64,000 nt of DNA, taken from positions 32,674,001 through 32,738,000 of the forward strand of contig NC_043014.1 in the NCBI RefSeq assembly GCF_006345805.1, given 5' to 3'. Below are positions 1 to 12,770 of the stretch, piece after piece; position 1 is the stretch's first letter; each line of letters starts with the position of its first letter. Position numbers and translations under genes: made by a program. The notes under the pieces are model-generated. The model had not been told where the DNA came from. It searched no databases and saw only the letters and a list, made by a program, of their open reading frames with translations. The DNA is from Octopus sinensis (taxonomy: Eukaryota).

Positions 1-259
1 AGCATGTAAAATGGACATTAAATGAATGATGATGATGGTGATATGTTTGTGTGTGTGTGTGTGTGTGTGTACAGAGAACCTGCTGTTGGAACTCAGTATA
101 CATATGCTTTATTCTAAAGCATTGGATGAGTACAGAAAGTAATATGAAATTAATGGAATGACAGGCAGCAGAAATCACATAAGATGATTATGTAATTCCT
201 TTTCCCATGTCAATCCATTAATTTTATTTAATAATATGTGTATATATGCCAACATATAC

Positions 260-422
260 AGGCACAGGAATGGCTGTGTGGTAAGAAGCTTACTTCTCAA
301 CCACATTGTTTCGGATTCAGTCCCACCTTGGGCAGGTGCTTTCCACTATAGTCTCAGGCCAACCAAAGCCTTGTGGGTGGATGAATTTGGTAGATGGAAA
401 CCCATCTTATATATACACACAC

Positions 423-457
<35 letters not shown>

Positions 458-686
458 TGTATGTATGTATGTTATGTATGTATGTATGTGTGTCTGTGTT
501 TGTTCCCCCACCATTGCTAGACAACTGATGTTGGTGTGTTTACGTCCCTGTAACTTGGCAGTTTGGCAAAGGAGACCGATGGAATAAGTATTGGGCTTAC
601 AACGAATAAGTCCTGGATATGACTTGTTTGACTAAAGGCGGTGCTCCAGCATGCCCACAGTCAAATGACTGACACAAATAAAAGAC
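260..686 (+). mobile_element. tRNA-derived SINE, working family A (~430 bp, internal microsatellite)
   Basis: A-box-like TGGCTGTGTGG, B-box-like GATTCAGTCCC, CORE-like CCTTGGGCAGGTG, internal (TATG)n, conserved 3' GGCGGTGCTCCAGCATG...CAAATGACTGA; more than 10 homologous copies in the window. Confidence 0.85.
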
Positions 687-1416
687 TATAAGAATATATG
701 AACGACAACAGCGATGATGATATATATATATATATTCTGCATATATTTTCTATGCATATATTCTATATATATATGGATACATACACACACACCACACACA
801 TATGCACGTGAATGCATGTACAAGCGTGTAGGAAGTGGAAGGTAGTTTATTACTCTATTTAGGCTGTTATGAGGGTTGATATATAAAAGTCTGTGAATAA
901 ATAAGATTCTGAGCATGGGTAAATGTTTTTATGCAAGGTCCTTTTACAATATGCTGGGGTAAATAATCTTTTAGAAATATCTAATGAAAAAAATGGTCGG
1001 TAGGGTTGTAATTTTATTTATTTGTTTGATTTATGTAAATTTTAACATATTAATATATTGTATTTAATTGATGTCGCTTCTAAATATGTGTATGGACATG
1101 AGTGTGTGTATTTGTATATATGTATATATATATGTGTGTATGTATGTATGTATGTATGTATGTATGTATGTATGTATGTATGTATGTATGTATGCATGAA
1201 TGTATGTATGCATGTATGTATGTATATGTGTGTGTATATGCATATATATATGTATGTATGTAAGTATGTATGTATTAATAATATATAATATATGTATATA
1301 CTCATACATACTCACAAACACACAATTCTATATACATACACATATACTCACACATAGACAGGCAGACAGACAGATAGATAGATAAATAGATAAACAGATA
1401 TATATATAATATATAT

Positions 1417-1484
<68 letters not shown>

Positions 1485-1857
1485 ATATGTATTTATGTAT
1501 GTATATGTATGTATGTATGTATGTATGTATATGCACATACACACACACGCATGCATATACATGACTTTTTGAAGTGGGTTTCTTCTAAAGCGGTTTCATT
1601 TTTTGCTATATATATTTTCCCCATAGCATATATTATGCTAGCAGGATATTTTTCATTCATGAAAGGGTTATTCTTATATTCAGAATTAAAAACTGGTATT
1701 CAATCACACACACATACACATACACTCATAAAAACATATCGCACACAGACACATACACACTCACACATGCACGCACAAACACAAATTAACACAGATGCTC
1801 ATACACATACGTATGCTCAAATATGTGTATTTATGTGTATGTGTGCATGTATGTATG

Positions 1858-1892
<35 letters not shown>

Positions 1893-2139
1893 ACATATCT
1901 ATGTGTAAAACATATATATATAATATATACGTATATATATATAAACGTATATATATATATATATATAATATATATAATATATATATACATTTGTAAATAT
2001 GTATACACATCTATGTGTGTATATGTATGTATATACATATATACATATTGCACATATGCATACATATATACATATCTTACCATATATATGTGTGTATCTG
2101 TGCATGCATATATAAATATGTACACACATAAATGTACAC

Positions 2140-2183
<44 letters not shown>

Positions 2184-2206
2184 GCATATATTTATAGCTA
2201 CATGTA

Positions 2207-2260
<54 letters not shown>

Positions 2261-2859
2261 TACATACATATATATGTATATATAGGTGTGTGTATATATA
2301 GCAGGTATATTTGTTTTTCTGTTCTCATATTAATTCTATAAAAGTTTCATGTTTGTTTTATGTACGTATGTATGCATTTATATGTGTCTGTGAGTGTCTA
2401 GTTGTGTATGTTTTTTGTTCTTTTTTTTTTCTATTAAGGCTATTCTGCTGGATTTCTTTAAAAAAAAAATAATAATTTCTTTCATATCCATCAGAAAAAG
2501 GGCTAGTTAATGTATAACATTTGTTTGGGTTTTTTTAATTTTATTCCTGAAGGATCTCTTTATAATATTTTTTCTATAATATTTTTTCTTTCAACATTTT
2601 TTTTTGTTTTTTTTCGTTATTTAGTTTTTTACCAAATTTTATTGAATTCTTTCTTCATATTTTTTTTCCTTATTTTTGTCTATTATATATTATTTCAGGT
2701 TCAATATATCTAGGGGTTTCTCATTTTCAGAATTTGTGTTTTATGGCCATTACCTTTCACAGCTATTTTTTTGTCTTTTCTATAGGCCCTGTCTCCTTGC
2801 CCGTTTCACAATTGTTTATTCATTTATTATTGTTGTTGTTTTTATTATTATTATTATTA

Positions 2860-2890
<31 letters not shown>

Positions 2891-3010
2891 GATTTTTATA
2901 TAAATATTCTTATCGTTTTCTTCCTCCTTTTCATCATCACCATCGTCATTGCCATTACTATTATTAAAGAAATCATTATAGGTATTATTGTTGTTGTTGT
3001 TTGTTGTTGC

Positions 3011-3051
<41 letters not shown>

Positions 3052-3339
3052 TATTATTATTATTATTATTATTTTCGTTATTATTATTATTATTATTATT
3101 GTTGTTGTTCTTTAGGATATGTTTTGCATAAAAATTTATTTTATATATATCTTTGAGCATGTGCATGTGTATGTGTGTGTATGCATATGTGTAATACATA
3201 TATATTATATATATATATATGTATGTATACATATATAAATATATATATGTAAGATATATATATATATGTATATATGTATATATATATTTGTACATATACA
3301 TTTATATAGATATATGTATATATACCGATAAATATGTGT

Positions 3340-3386
<47 letters not shown>

Positions 3387-4031
3387 ATATATATTATATA
3401 TATACATATATATACACATACACATAACAGAGATAGATGTAGATATATATGTATGTATATGTAAATATATGTCTTTATTTTAAAATATATTTACTTCGGG
3501 AGGAGAGGTGGTGACCTCTTTTCTCATCTCTCTCTCTCCCTCTCTCTGTAACTCCTTCTCTTCCCTCTTCTTCTGTTTCCTTTAACTCTCTTTTATCTCT
3601 ACTCTCCCTCCTCCTCCATCACATCCTTCAAACTTCTTTTACCTCTTTGTCTCTTACCCACAGCTTCACACACCATTTCTACATTTGTAATCTCACATAC
3701 ATTTCACTAAATCACATTCGTTTCTCATAAACTTCAATCATCTTTTGATGATTGAAGTTGTGGCAGTAGTATGTGTGGTGGTGTGATGTCGGGGGGGGGG
3801 GTAAAGCGGTAGGGATGATGATGGTACTGCTTCTGCTGCAATGATGCCAGTGATACCGGGATGAGGATGAGAGGGGGTGGTGGTCTTGTTATTGTTAGTG
3901 GATTTTGTAGTGGATGATTGCATAGAGTTAAATGTTTTTGGTAGGCATGAGGCTATTTATACAAACAAATAAGCATGCTAACATACACACACACATATAC
4001 ACACACGCACACACACACATATATACATACA

Positions 4032-4069
<38 letters not shown>

Positions 4070-4158
4070 CTTATATATATATTATAATAATAATAATAAG
4101 GTTTGTATGTATATGCATATATATATATACATATATATACATACATACATATATATAT

Positions 4159-4229
<71 letters not shown>

Positions 4230-4926
4230 CATGCATATATATCTGTGTATATCTTCTATTTTTTATCTTTTACTTGTTTCAAACTGTGGCCATGCTGGGG
4301 TGCTGCCCTGAAGAATCTTTAGTCAGATACTTATTTCATCAGACCCTTTTGCCGAACTGCTTAGTTTCAGGGCAAACATACTAATGGCTGTCAAGTGGTG
4401 GGGGTACAAACACACACACACACACATACACACATCATCGTTATTATGTTAAACCGTTGTATGTTCAAATTTGGCCAAATGTGTTTTTTTCCAATATTTA
4501 TTTTTGCTTGCAATAGCCAGTTCTTTTGGTCAAACTATCATATCTCCAGCTGCTCCAGATGCCAAAATATCAAAACTTGTCAAAGTGTAGTACAATGGTT
4601 TTGCTATGGAATGGAGAAACTATTTTTACATTTTCTGAAAAAGCAACATTTTTGATTTACAAAATTTTTGCATAATAGCAACAATATATATCTACAATGG
4701 GCTTCTTTCAGTTTCCATATATATATAGGCAATATTAAATCTCTGAGCTAGAAGTAAACAGTATGGAATCGTAAAACATAATTGTGGCGGCCCCATAAAG
4801 GACGATGCTTCTGTTGTTTTTAGCCCCATGAGGACATCTCTTCCAGCTGGCTAATGACACACTATCTTTGTCCAATTAGTATTTGTGAGAGGAAATCATT
4901 GTTCCCATCTCAAGCTTTACGTGATA

Positions 4927-4971
4927 CACACAGACCCAGGTTTCTGATTAGCAACCCGTCATCAGTGTGTG
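4927..4971 (-). ncRNA. hammerhead ribozyme motif (type I, stem II degenerate)
   Basis: Minus strand reads CACACA-CTGATGA-CGGGTTGCTAATCA-GAAA-CCTGGG-TC-TGTGTG; 6-bp stem I CACACA/TGTGTG, GUC cleavage triplet. Confidence 0.7.
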
Positions 4972-5090
4972 ATAATCACCAGTTAGTGATGAAAACTCAT
5001 TCCACCTGCAAATTACTATATGCTTTTTCCAGAGACAAACTTTTGCTGATATCAAAAAAGGAGAGATAAGCAATATTAAATCTATTAAAT

Positions 5091-5322
5091 AGGGCAGCAA
5101 GCTGGCAGAAACGTTAGCACGCCGGGCGAAATGCGTAGCCGTATTTCATCAGCCATTATGTTCTGAGTTCAAATTCCGCCGAGGTCGACTTTCCCTTTCA
5201 TCCTTTCGGGGTCGATAAATTAAGTACCAGTTACACACTGGGGTCGATATAATCGACTTAACCCGTTTGTCTGTCCTTGTTTGTACTCTCTGTGTTTAGC
5301 CCCTTGTGGGTAGTAAAGAAAC
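5091..5322 (+). mobile_element. tRNA-related SINE, working family B (Tx1-like tail)
   Basis: AGCTGGCAGAAACGTTAGC head, GAGTTCAAATTCC B box, CCTTTCATCCTTTCGGGGTCGATAAATTAAGTACCAG domain; 14-bp TSD AATATTAAATCTAT at 5072-5085 and 5327-5340. Confidence 0.9.
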
Positions 5323-5648
5323 AAAAAATATTAAATCTATGAGCAAGAAGTAGACAGAGAATGATTATTTACCCTTGCAAATACTAATTGGACACAGATA
5401 GTGTGTCATTAGCCAGCTGAAGATGTCCTCCTGGTGCTAAAGGCAACAGTACCATCTTCCTCAATGGGACAGCCACATTTTGTTGGCAATTATATTTTAC
5501 AATTCCATAATGCTACTGTTTACTTTTGGCTCATAGATTTAATATTGCTTACTTCTCCTTTTTCGAGATCGGTGACAGTTTATCACTGGAATAAACATAT
5601 AGTATTTTGTATGTGGAATGAGTTTTCCTCACTAGCTTGTGGTTATCA

Positions 5649-5689
5649 CACACTGATGATGAGTTACTATTCAGAAACCCAGGTCTGTG
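5649..5689 (+). ncRNA. hammerhead ribozyme motif (type I)
   Basis: CACA-CTGATGA-TGAGT(TACT)ATTCA-GAAA-CCCAGG-TC-TGTG: intact CUGANGA/GAAA/GUC core, 5-bp stem II, 4-bp stem I. Confidence 0.78.
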
Positions 5690-5906
5690 AGTATCATGTA
5701 AGGCTAGAGATGGGAAGGATGAATACCCCTCGAAAATACTAATTGGACACAGACAGTGTGTCATTAGTCAGCTGGAGGAGATGTCCACCTAGGTCTAAAA
5801 ACAACAGTAGCATTGTCCTCTATGGGACCATCACATTTAGTTGGCAATTATATATATATATATACACATATATATATACACGCACATGTATGCACACACA
5901 CACCTT

Positions 5907-8027
5907 GCATTTCAAATTAGTAACAATTTTTTCATTTTATTTAAAAATTACTTGTTGAAATTCAACAAAATTTTCACAGAAGGATGGCAACAGTTATAGG
6001 TGAGTGGTTTGCAAAATACGTGAGACTCTGTAAAACAACACAGAAACTACAGCCATTTACCAAATTTACATAAACTTTCATTGCTTCAAATTATTAGTGA
6101 AGTGTAATTAAAACTCATGCAAACAAGAAAATACCAATTTAATTGTTTGATGCACGTTCTGAAAAGAAGACATACTGTCATAAATATGAAAGAAATAGAA
6201 ATAAACAAATAAAGTGTTCAAAAATAATAGGTGAGTTGGTTAGTAAGGGATATATGAGCGTTTGTTTGAAATAAGTTGGAAAAGGTGCTGGTCCATGGGA
6301 CATGCTAATTTCTGGATCTCCTCTGATGTTATACCACGAGATACATCCACTATTGCCTACCACAGTTCATCCTTGATCCTAAATTGGCATCCATTCTCAT
6401 TAACTTAGTGCTTAGTGCTTAGTTTTCTATTGGGTTTTAGTAAGGGAAACAGGGAGGCCACTTCATCTTTTGAGGTCCACAGAAGCCTAATTGTTGCAGA
6501 TACTCTGTAGTTTTCTTTATTGAGTGTAAGGATGCATTATCTTGCATGAATATTATAGTTGTCTTAAAGGTGGCCCTTTGCTTTTTTAACCAAGGTTGAA
6601 GGTGCTCCCTGAGAAAGGCTATGTAAGCATCCGCAGTCATTTTAACATCGTCAGGCACTTTCCAAGGACCATACATAATATTGGGTTGTCTGGAAAGTTC
6701 GTGCTGATTTATAGTAGCTTACCTTTTGACTTATTTTAGAACATGGTTGAGTCCATAAAATAGGATTTGACTACACCTCCATTTAGAGCACAGTTTAAGC
6801 TATCTTTTCATGGAAGAAGGTTTATGCTCCTATAACCTGTGTTAATTCTGTAACCCTTTAAAATGGAAGATAAGAAAGTTCATTTTCGGCTCTTGATGCT
6901 TTGGGAACCAGACAAAAATTGCTGCAACTCGGCTGAGATGTGTTACCCCACCCTCCATATTCATCAGATATTGCTCTTTCAGATTTCCACTTATTCAGGT
7001 CTCTGCAGAATAGTCTTAATGGTAAAAATTTCAATTCCTTGGATGACATAAAAAGATACCTTGATGAATTCTTTGCCATGAAACCACCTCAATTCTGGGA
7101 AGCAGGTATTTTCAAGTTAAAAGAAAGATGGAGACGCATTGTGCAACAAAATGGTTCATATTTGGTTGATTAAAAATGTAATGGCATGTATTTATTAACC
7201 TTTTGCTTTCCTTTAAAAATCGACATGAACTTTCCGGACAACCCAATATTTCTAATATTATCTGTCCAATTCATGATGCCACCTCCCCTTTGTTGGTGTC
7301 TCAAGCAGTGATGACGATCTCATCCATTCACAACCCATCTCTTTCTCCAACCATCTGGTTCATGAAGGGTAGCACAAGTTTCATCTGTAAACAAAACTTT
7401 TAAAAAGTAATTCTCCCTGTTATCTTCTGCTCATTCCAGATGATTTTGTATGTGTATTTTCTTTAAAAGAGGGAGGCCTTTTAACTGATGTCACTGGTTT
7501 ACCAACCTTTCTCAGAAGATAACATTGGGTAGTTCTGGACACAGTTGTTTTGATAATGTGCTTGAAAAGTTCTCCACTTGTAAAACCTGGTTTCTTTATA
7601 GCGTCAGGCTGTAATCCATGACAAAGAACATTGAGAAGCAGCCCTTGACTGACCTTTGCTATCTTCATAGGATCTGTAACAAATTTTTTCACAGTTTGGT
7701 GATATTTTCCAATCATTTAAAATATTTCTAATGTTAATTTACTTTTTACAAGTTCAGAAGTAATAACAGATTTCCCTGAAGCAATTAAGTCATATTTACA
7801 ACCCATAATTACATGATTATCAGACAACTCATTAATAATTTCATACACTGAAAGTTCATGGAAATCATGCAAATGGCTGTGGTTTGTTTAAACTTGCTCA
7901 AACTTCACGTTTTTTACATACTGCAAACATATAGCTGTTGCCATCATTCTCTGCAAATTTCGTTGAACTCAAACAAATAGTTTTTAAATAAAATAAACAA
8001 TGTTATGTCATTAATCATTTGAAATGC
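5907..8027 (-). mobile_element. degenerate Tc1-like DNA transposon, DD37E (TRT-type), ~190-bp TIRs
   Basis: Diverged inverted repeats at ~5907-6098 and ~7831-8027; minus-strand KVLFTDETCATLHEPDGW and FMQDNASLH...WPPCFPY*NPIEN (37 residues between D and E); N-terminal region in ORF 7420..7716. Confidence 0.85.
6681..7246 (+). mobile_element. internally deleted mariner element nested in the DD37E transposon
   Basis: ~30-bp TIRs TTGGGTTGTCYGGAAAGTTCRTG with TA on both sides; N-term MEDKKVHFRLLML joined to C-term LPHPPYSSDIALSDFHLFRSLQN...ERWRRIVQQNGSYLVD. Confidence 0.93.
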
Positions 8028-8056
8028 TAACTTTTGTCTGAAACAACTTAGTAGTT

Positions 8057-8274
8057 TTAACCCTTTAGCATTTAAACCAACCATATCTGACTCAAATATT
8101 CTACCTGTTTTATATACAAATTGGTTAGATCTGGCTTCTCTTGCCTACCCTATAATGTCATTCAAAAAATAATCACATCATTAAAATTTCAAAACTAGAA
8201 AATAATAAATGATTAATTCAAAAGAATGTGAAAACATAAGCATTACATTTAACAGAGTAATCTCAATGTTAAAG
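8057..8274 (+). mobile_element. piggyBac-like MITE (~210 bp)
   Basis: TTAA-CCCTTTAGCATT start with decayed AATGTTAAAG end; homologous copies at 29092-29319 (reverse) and 48904-49104. Confidence 0.65.
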
Positions 8275-8519
8275 TGGTGGTGGTCGTGGTGGTCATGGTG
8301 GTGGTCATGGTGGTGGTCATGGTGGTGGTCATCGTTGTCATCGTCGTTGTCATGGTCGTGGTGGTGGTTATGGTGGATGTGGTGGTCGCGGTCATTGTCA
8401 TGATCATGATGGTCGTGATGGTGGTGTGGATGGAGCAGAGGCAACAATTGTATGTTGATTCAACCAAGTTGGATCCCATTCGACTTCAATATTGTAGGAG
8501 CTACATATAATAATAGTCT

Positions 8520-8960
8520 TTCTATGATGGTCTTTTGGTGGATGAGGTGATCTTTTGTTGAGCTTAAAATGATGTTTCTGAGAGTTACCATGATGGAACC
8601 AAACCCCACTTCTCAGAGTGGGTTTCTACTGGGTTATATCATTTGCATAAGAGTGCATGATGGTGATGTTGAATGTGGCTGCAAGTAGGTCAGTGTTGCA
8701 TTGAAGGAAAAGAATAGAAAACAAAACCAAACTCTACAAAACACAGAACTGACTGAGAAATAGACTGAAAGAGCTTTGTCAATAAATGCTATGATTGTGT
8801 GATCTCATAGGAATTTACTAATCCAAGAATTAAGAGATGGATGGAGGTTATAGACAGGAAGATCTAATCGGAAATCCACATGCCAGACATGGTCAAAAGC
8901 ATTACTTATGTTTAGCGCAACAGCAGTACCCTCTCTAAAGTGAGAGCCCATTGATGGGTG
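8520..8960 (-). mobile_element. degenerate LINE reverse-transcriptase fragment (CR1/L2-like)
   Basis: Minus strand AVALNISNAFDHVWH...YNLHPSLNSWISKFL (D-ISKAFD motif) and, downstream, HSYANDIT (YADD-like). Confidence 0.7.
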
Positions 8961-9235
8961 GCCTAAAAGAAGAGGTCTTTCAGGGATATGGCTCTGTGGA
9001 AGCTGTACTGCAACTACTGAAGAGAGAGTTGTACTTTTCTCTTGTGGATTTCCACAGAAGTGAACCATTGTGTTATTTCTCATATCAATTCATGAAATCC
9101 TTCACCTCAGCTTCTGCCCCTCACCTCTACCTTACCCAATTCTATACAGTACATGACATGCTTCTACATATTTCACTAATTCATCATAACAACAACCACC
9201 ACAATAAAAAACACTACCCCAAGAAAATAACAATG

Positions 9236-9447
9236 GTTTCAAGTTTTGACACAAGGCCAGCAATTTTGAGGGAGTGGGTAAGTCAACTCCATTGACTTCA
9301 GTGATCAACTAGTACTTATTTTACCAACCCCAAGAGGTTGAAAGACAAAGTCAACTTCAGTGGAATTTGAACTCAGAATGTGAAGATGGATGAAAAGCTG
9401 CTAAGCATTTTGTCCAACATGCTAGAGATTCATCCATCTCGCTGCAT
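9236..9447 (-). mobile_element. SINE family B, old copy with the alternative tail
   Basis: Reverse-strand GAGTTCAAATTCC B box and central domain; tail resembles GGCCTTGTG. Confidence 0.7.
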
Positions 9448-9607
9448 TTCCCTAGCAAAATAATAATTATAACAAGAAGAATTGCTTCTAGTTCAGACTC
9501 AAGCCATAAAACTTAGAAAGAAGGTATTAATCACTTAAATTCACTTAGTAAAAAAACTGGTACTTTAATATATCAACCCCAGAGGATAGAAAAGGTAAAG
9601 TTAGAAA

Positions 9608-9822
9608 AGGTGGTGAGCTGGCAGAAACGTTAGCACGCCGGGCGAATTGCTTAGCAGTATTTCGTCTGTCATTACGTTCTGAGTTCAAATTCCGCCAAGG
9701 TCGACTTTGCCTTTTATCCTTTCGGGGTCAATAAATTAAGTACCAGTTTCGAACTGGGGTTGATGTAATCGACTTAATCCCTTTGTCTGTCCTTGTTTAG
9801 CCCCTTGTGCGCAATAAAGAAA
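9608..9822 (+). mobile_element. SINE family B (Tx1-like tail)
   Basis: Near-identical to 5091 copy; 15-bp TSD AGAAAAGGTAAAGTT at 9588-9602 and 9825-9839. Confidence 0.9.
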
Positions 9823-10141
9823 CAAGAAAAGGTAAAGTTGACCCTAAAGGAATTTGAATTTAGAATTTAAAGAGCCAGAACAAAAATTTCAAGGTATTTT
9901 CTTTTTTATCTTTTACCTTTTACTTGTTTCAGTCGTTAGACAGTGGCCATGCTGGGGCACAACCTTGAGGAATTTTAGTAGAATGAATCAACCCCAGTAC
10001 CTTTATGCTATTCTTTGGTAAAGCTTGGTACTTATTCTTTTGTTCTCTTTTGCTGAACCACTAAGTTAAGGGGATGTAAACACACCAACACTTGTTGTCA
10101 AATGGTGGTAGGGGGCAAACAAACGCACACACACACACACA

Positions 10142-11025
10142 CAGGGTGTAGTGAATATGTTGTCTAAATTATGCAAAAATGAAAATAAAACTGACATCTC
10201 ATTTTAAAAGATATATTTACCAAAATTGGATGAAAATATTTTGAAATACTAAAGAGTAAATTTATTCAAGGAAATCGCCTTTGGCTTCAAACATGGCCTC
10301 CAGACGACTTTGGAATCTCCTGCAAATCTTTTGGATGGTCTCCTTGTTTAAGTTGGTGAATACTGCCAAAATCCTTGCCTTCAGTTCATCTTTGGAGATA
10401 CTAGAAGTTTTCTTGATCTCTTGCTCAATTGAGCCCCACACATAATAACTAAGGGGGTTGCAGTCTGGGGAGGTAGGTGGCCAGATGTTAGGGGTAATGT
10501 ATCGCAGAAATTATCTGACAGTCGTGACTGGGTTCTCCTGCTTGTGTGGCATGGTGCAGATTCCTGTTGCCAGACATAGGATCTTCCAGCAGTCACCCTC
10601 TTGATCCAGGGCAGCACTACCTCCTCCATGCACTTGATGTAGGCCTCCATGTTGAGTCTGAAGCCGTGTGGGAAAATGAATGGTGGAATTATGTCACCAT
10701 CACTAGTGATCATTCCAAGCACCATGATGCTGACTGGGCATTTTATTTTTATCACTCTCAGTACATGTTTTGGGGACACAGCATGCCAACGGTTGTTCTG
10801 AGTGTTCGCCATTTGTTCCTGTTGGAGCTTTCGGTGTGAACGCCAAGCAGTACAGCTAGTCATTTCCAAATTTCTGGCAGAGTGAATTGCATCATCCTGC
10901 TGTTTTTCCTGCAGACAGTGCCCAACTGACCCTACTATACTATGTAGTTGATAAAATCAAAAACAAACAATGTGCATGCATGAAAGAAAAAATATAAATG
11001 GCAACAGTTTAGCTTTCACACCCTG
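10142..11025 (-). mobile_element. internally deleted Tc1/mariner element, DD37D (maT-type)
   Basis: CAGGGTGT termini in inverted orientation; ORF 10381..10869 has YVWQQESAPCHTSRRTQ, then after a frameshift ITPNIWPPTSPDCNPLSYY; reconstructed spacing is 37. Confidence 0.82.
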
Positions 11026-11745
11026 TATGTACAACAGGCTTCTTTCAGTTTCTATCTACCAAATCCATTCACAAGGTTTTTGTTGGCCCCAGGCTGCAGA
11101 AGAAGACACTTGCCCAAGTTGTTACACAATGTGGATTACCCAGGACTATGTGGCTGGGAAGCAAGCTTCTTACCACACAGCCATCCCCATGCCTATTTCT
11201 CCAATATTCCAATGGTTCTGTCCATTCACCACCCTTAAGGAAAGTTTTGCTAGAAGACCTGAAATTTTAAAGAGGAAAAGGTTTAGTAAATTAACTTTGA
11301 GACCAGAATTTGGTTGGTAGATTTTTTTATTGACCCAGGGGATATGAAAGACAAAGTTGACCTCAGATGGATTTGAACTCACAACCTTAAGAGCCATAAT
11401 TAAATATTAAAAGCCTTTCATTTTATGATCTTGCCACTTTGTCGACTATCATTTACTTTTCTGCATATTCTTTCAGTCATTCCAAATATCAACATCAGCA
11501 CTATCACCAACCACCACCACCACCACAACCACCACCACCATCACTACAACTACTACTACTACTACTACTATCACCGCCACCACTACCACCACCACCATCA
11601 CCACTACTACTACAGCAGTAACTACTGTCACCAGATCAGAAATTGTTGCTTGTAATACATATTGGTTGTATTGGAAATGTATACACAGGAGATGTTTGAC
11701 AACTGCATGTATACAGACAGCTGCACACACATGCACACACGCATG

Positions 11746-11783
<38 letters not shown>

Positions 11784-12172
11784 AGTATGTATTGTTATAT
11801 TTATCTATGCATGAAGTTAAATATCAATTATTATTGAGTACATTTTACTTTCTGCTTATCACAAAGTTACAAACAATGTGTGTGTGTGTATGTGTGTGTG
11901 TGTGTGTGTGTGTTTGCCTGTATGTCTGGGCATACATACATGTATATGTGTTTATATACATATATACATACATATATATATTGCATAAGTGCATATATCT
12001 ATATATCATATTGTATATATATACATGTATTATATACATACATATATTTACATATATATGTATATATATATATACATACACACACGTACATATATATGTA
12101 AATATATGTATGTATATAATAGACACACACGCACACACACATATACATGCATACATATATATATATATATAT

Positions 12173-12235
<63 letters not shown>

Positions 12236-12770
12236 TATACATTCTTTACACACATAAATGTATAGACCTAAACCATGGCATGTCACTTGGGATAAAAAGA
12301 ATGCTTTGGTTATATCAATTGCAGAATCATATACAGATTCAAAAACAAAAGCAAAGCTAACAACAACATCAACCACAACAACAACGACAATAACAAAAAC
12401 AATACCAATAACAAACACAACTAGCTTAATCAATGAATATTTGAAAAATAATGGAACTCAAGTAAAGAAAAGAAGCTTTACTTACAAATTCATTTTCCAG
12501 TCATATGTATGTATATATATATTAATTTCATATTTTAAGTAAAAAATTATATTAAAATGCAGAATAATTTAAGTTCATTAGTGTCTCCAAATAGATTTGA
12601 ACCCTTGTTTTAATCTCATGACTTTTATTTCTATTCATTTGAACCATCAGCTTAGTTTTCTTATATGGCATATGTATGAAGCAATGACATCTTGTTTATA
12701 ATATGTGGCTGAATTTATTTCCCTTGTATGCATACAAACGAAAATTCCTATATATATGTGAGTGTTTATA

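Larger units (their letters stand above)
4729..5850. repeat. 341-355 bp tandem repeat in two divergent arms, carrying hammerhead motifs (Penelope pLTR / retrozyme-like)
   Basis: GCAATATTAAATCT recurs at 4729 and 5070; AATACTAATTGGACACAGA at 5380 and 5735; ORFs 4854..5069(+) and 5549..5764(-) are homologous translations, showing the inversion. Confidence 0.85.

Noticed and set aside
1042-4240. Many 60-258 aa ORFs rich in Y/I/H/T/C/V/M (pattern repeats across the window)
   Set aside because: Translations of (TA)n, (TG)n and (TATG)n microsatellites, which lack stops in several frames; no protein signal.
4854-5764. Pair of similar 71-aa ORFs on opposite strands suggesting a small gene family
   Set aside because: They arise from the inverted repeat unit and resemble no protein; the conserved signal is the hammerhead on the opposite strand.
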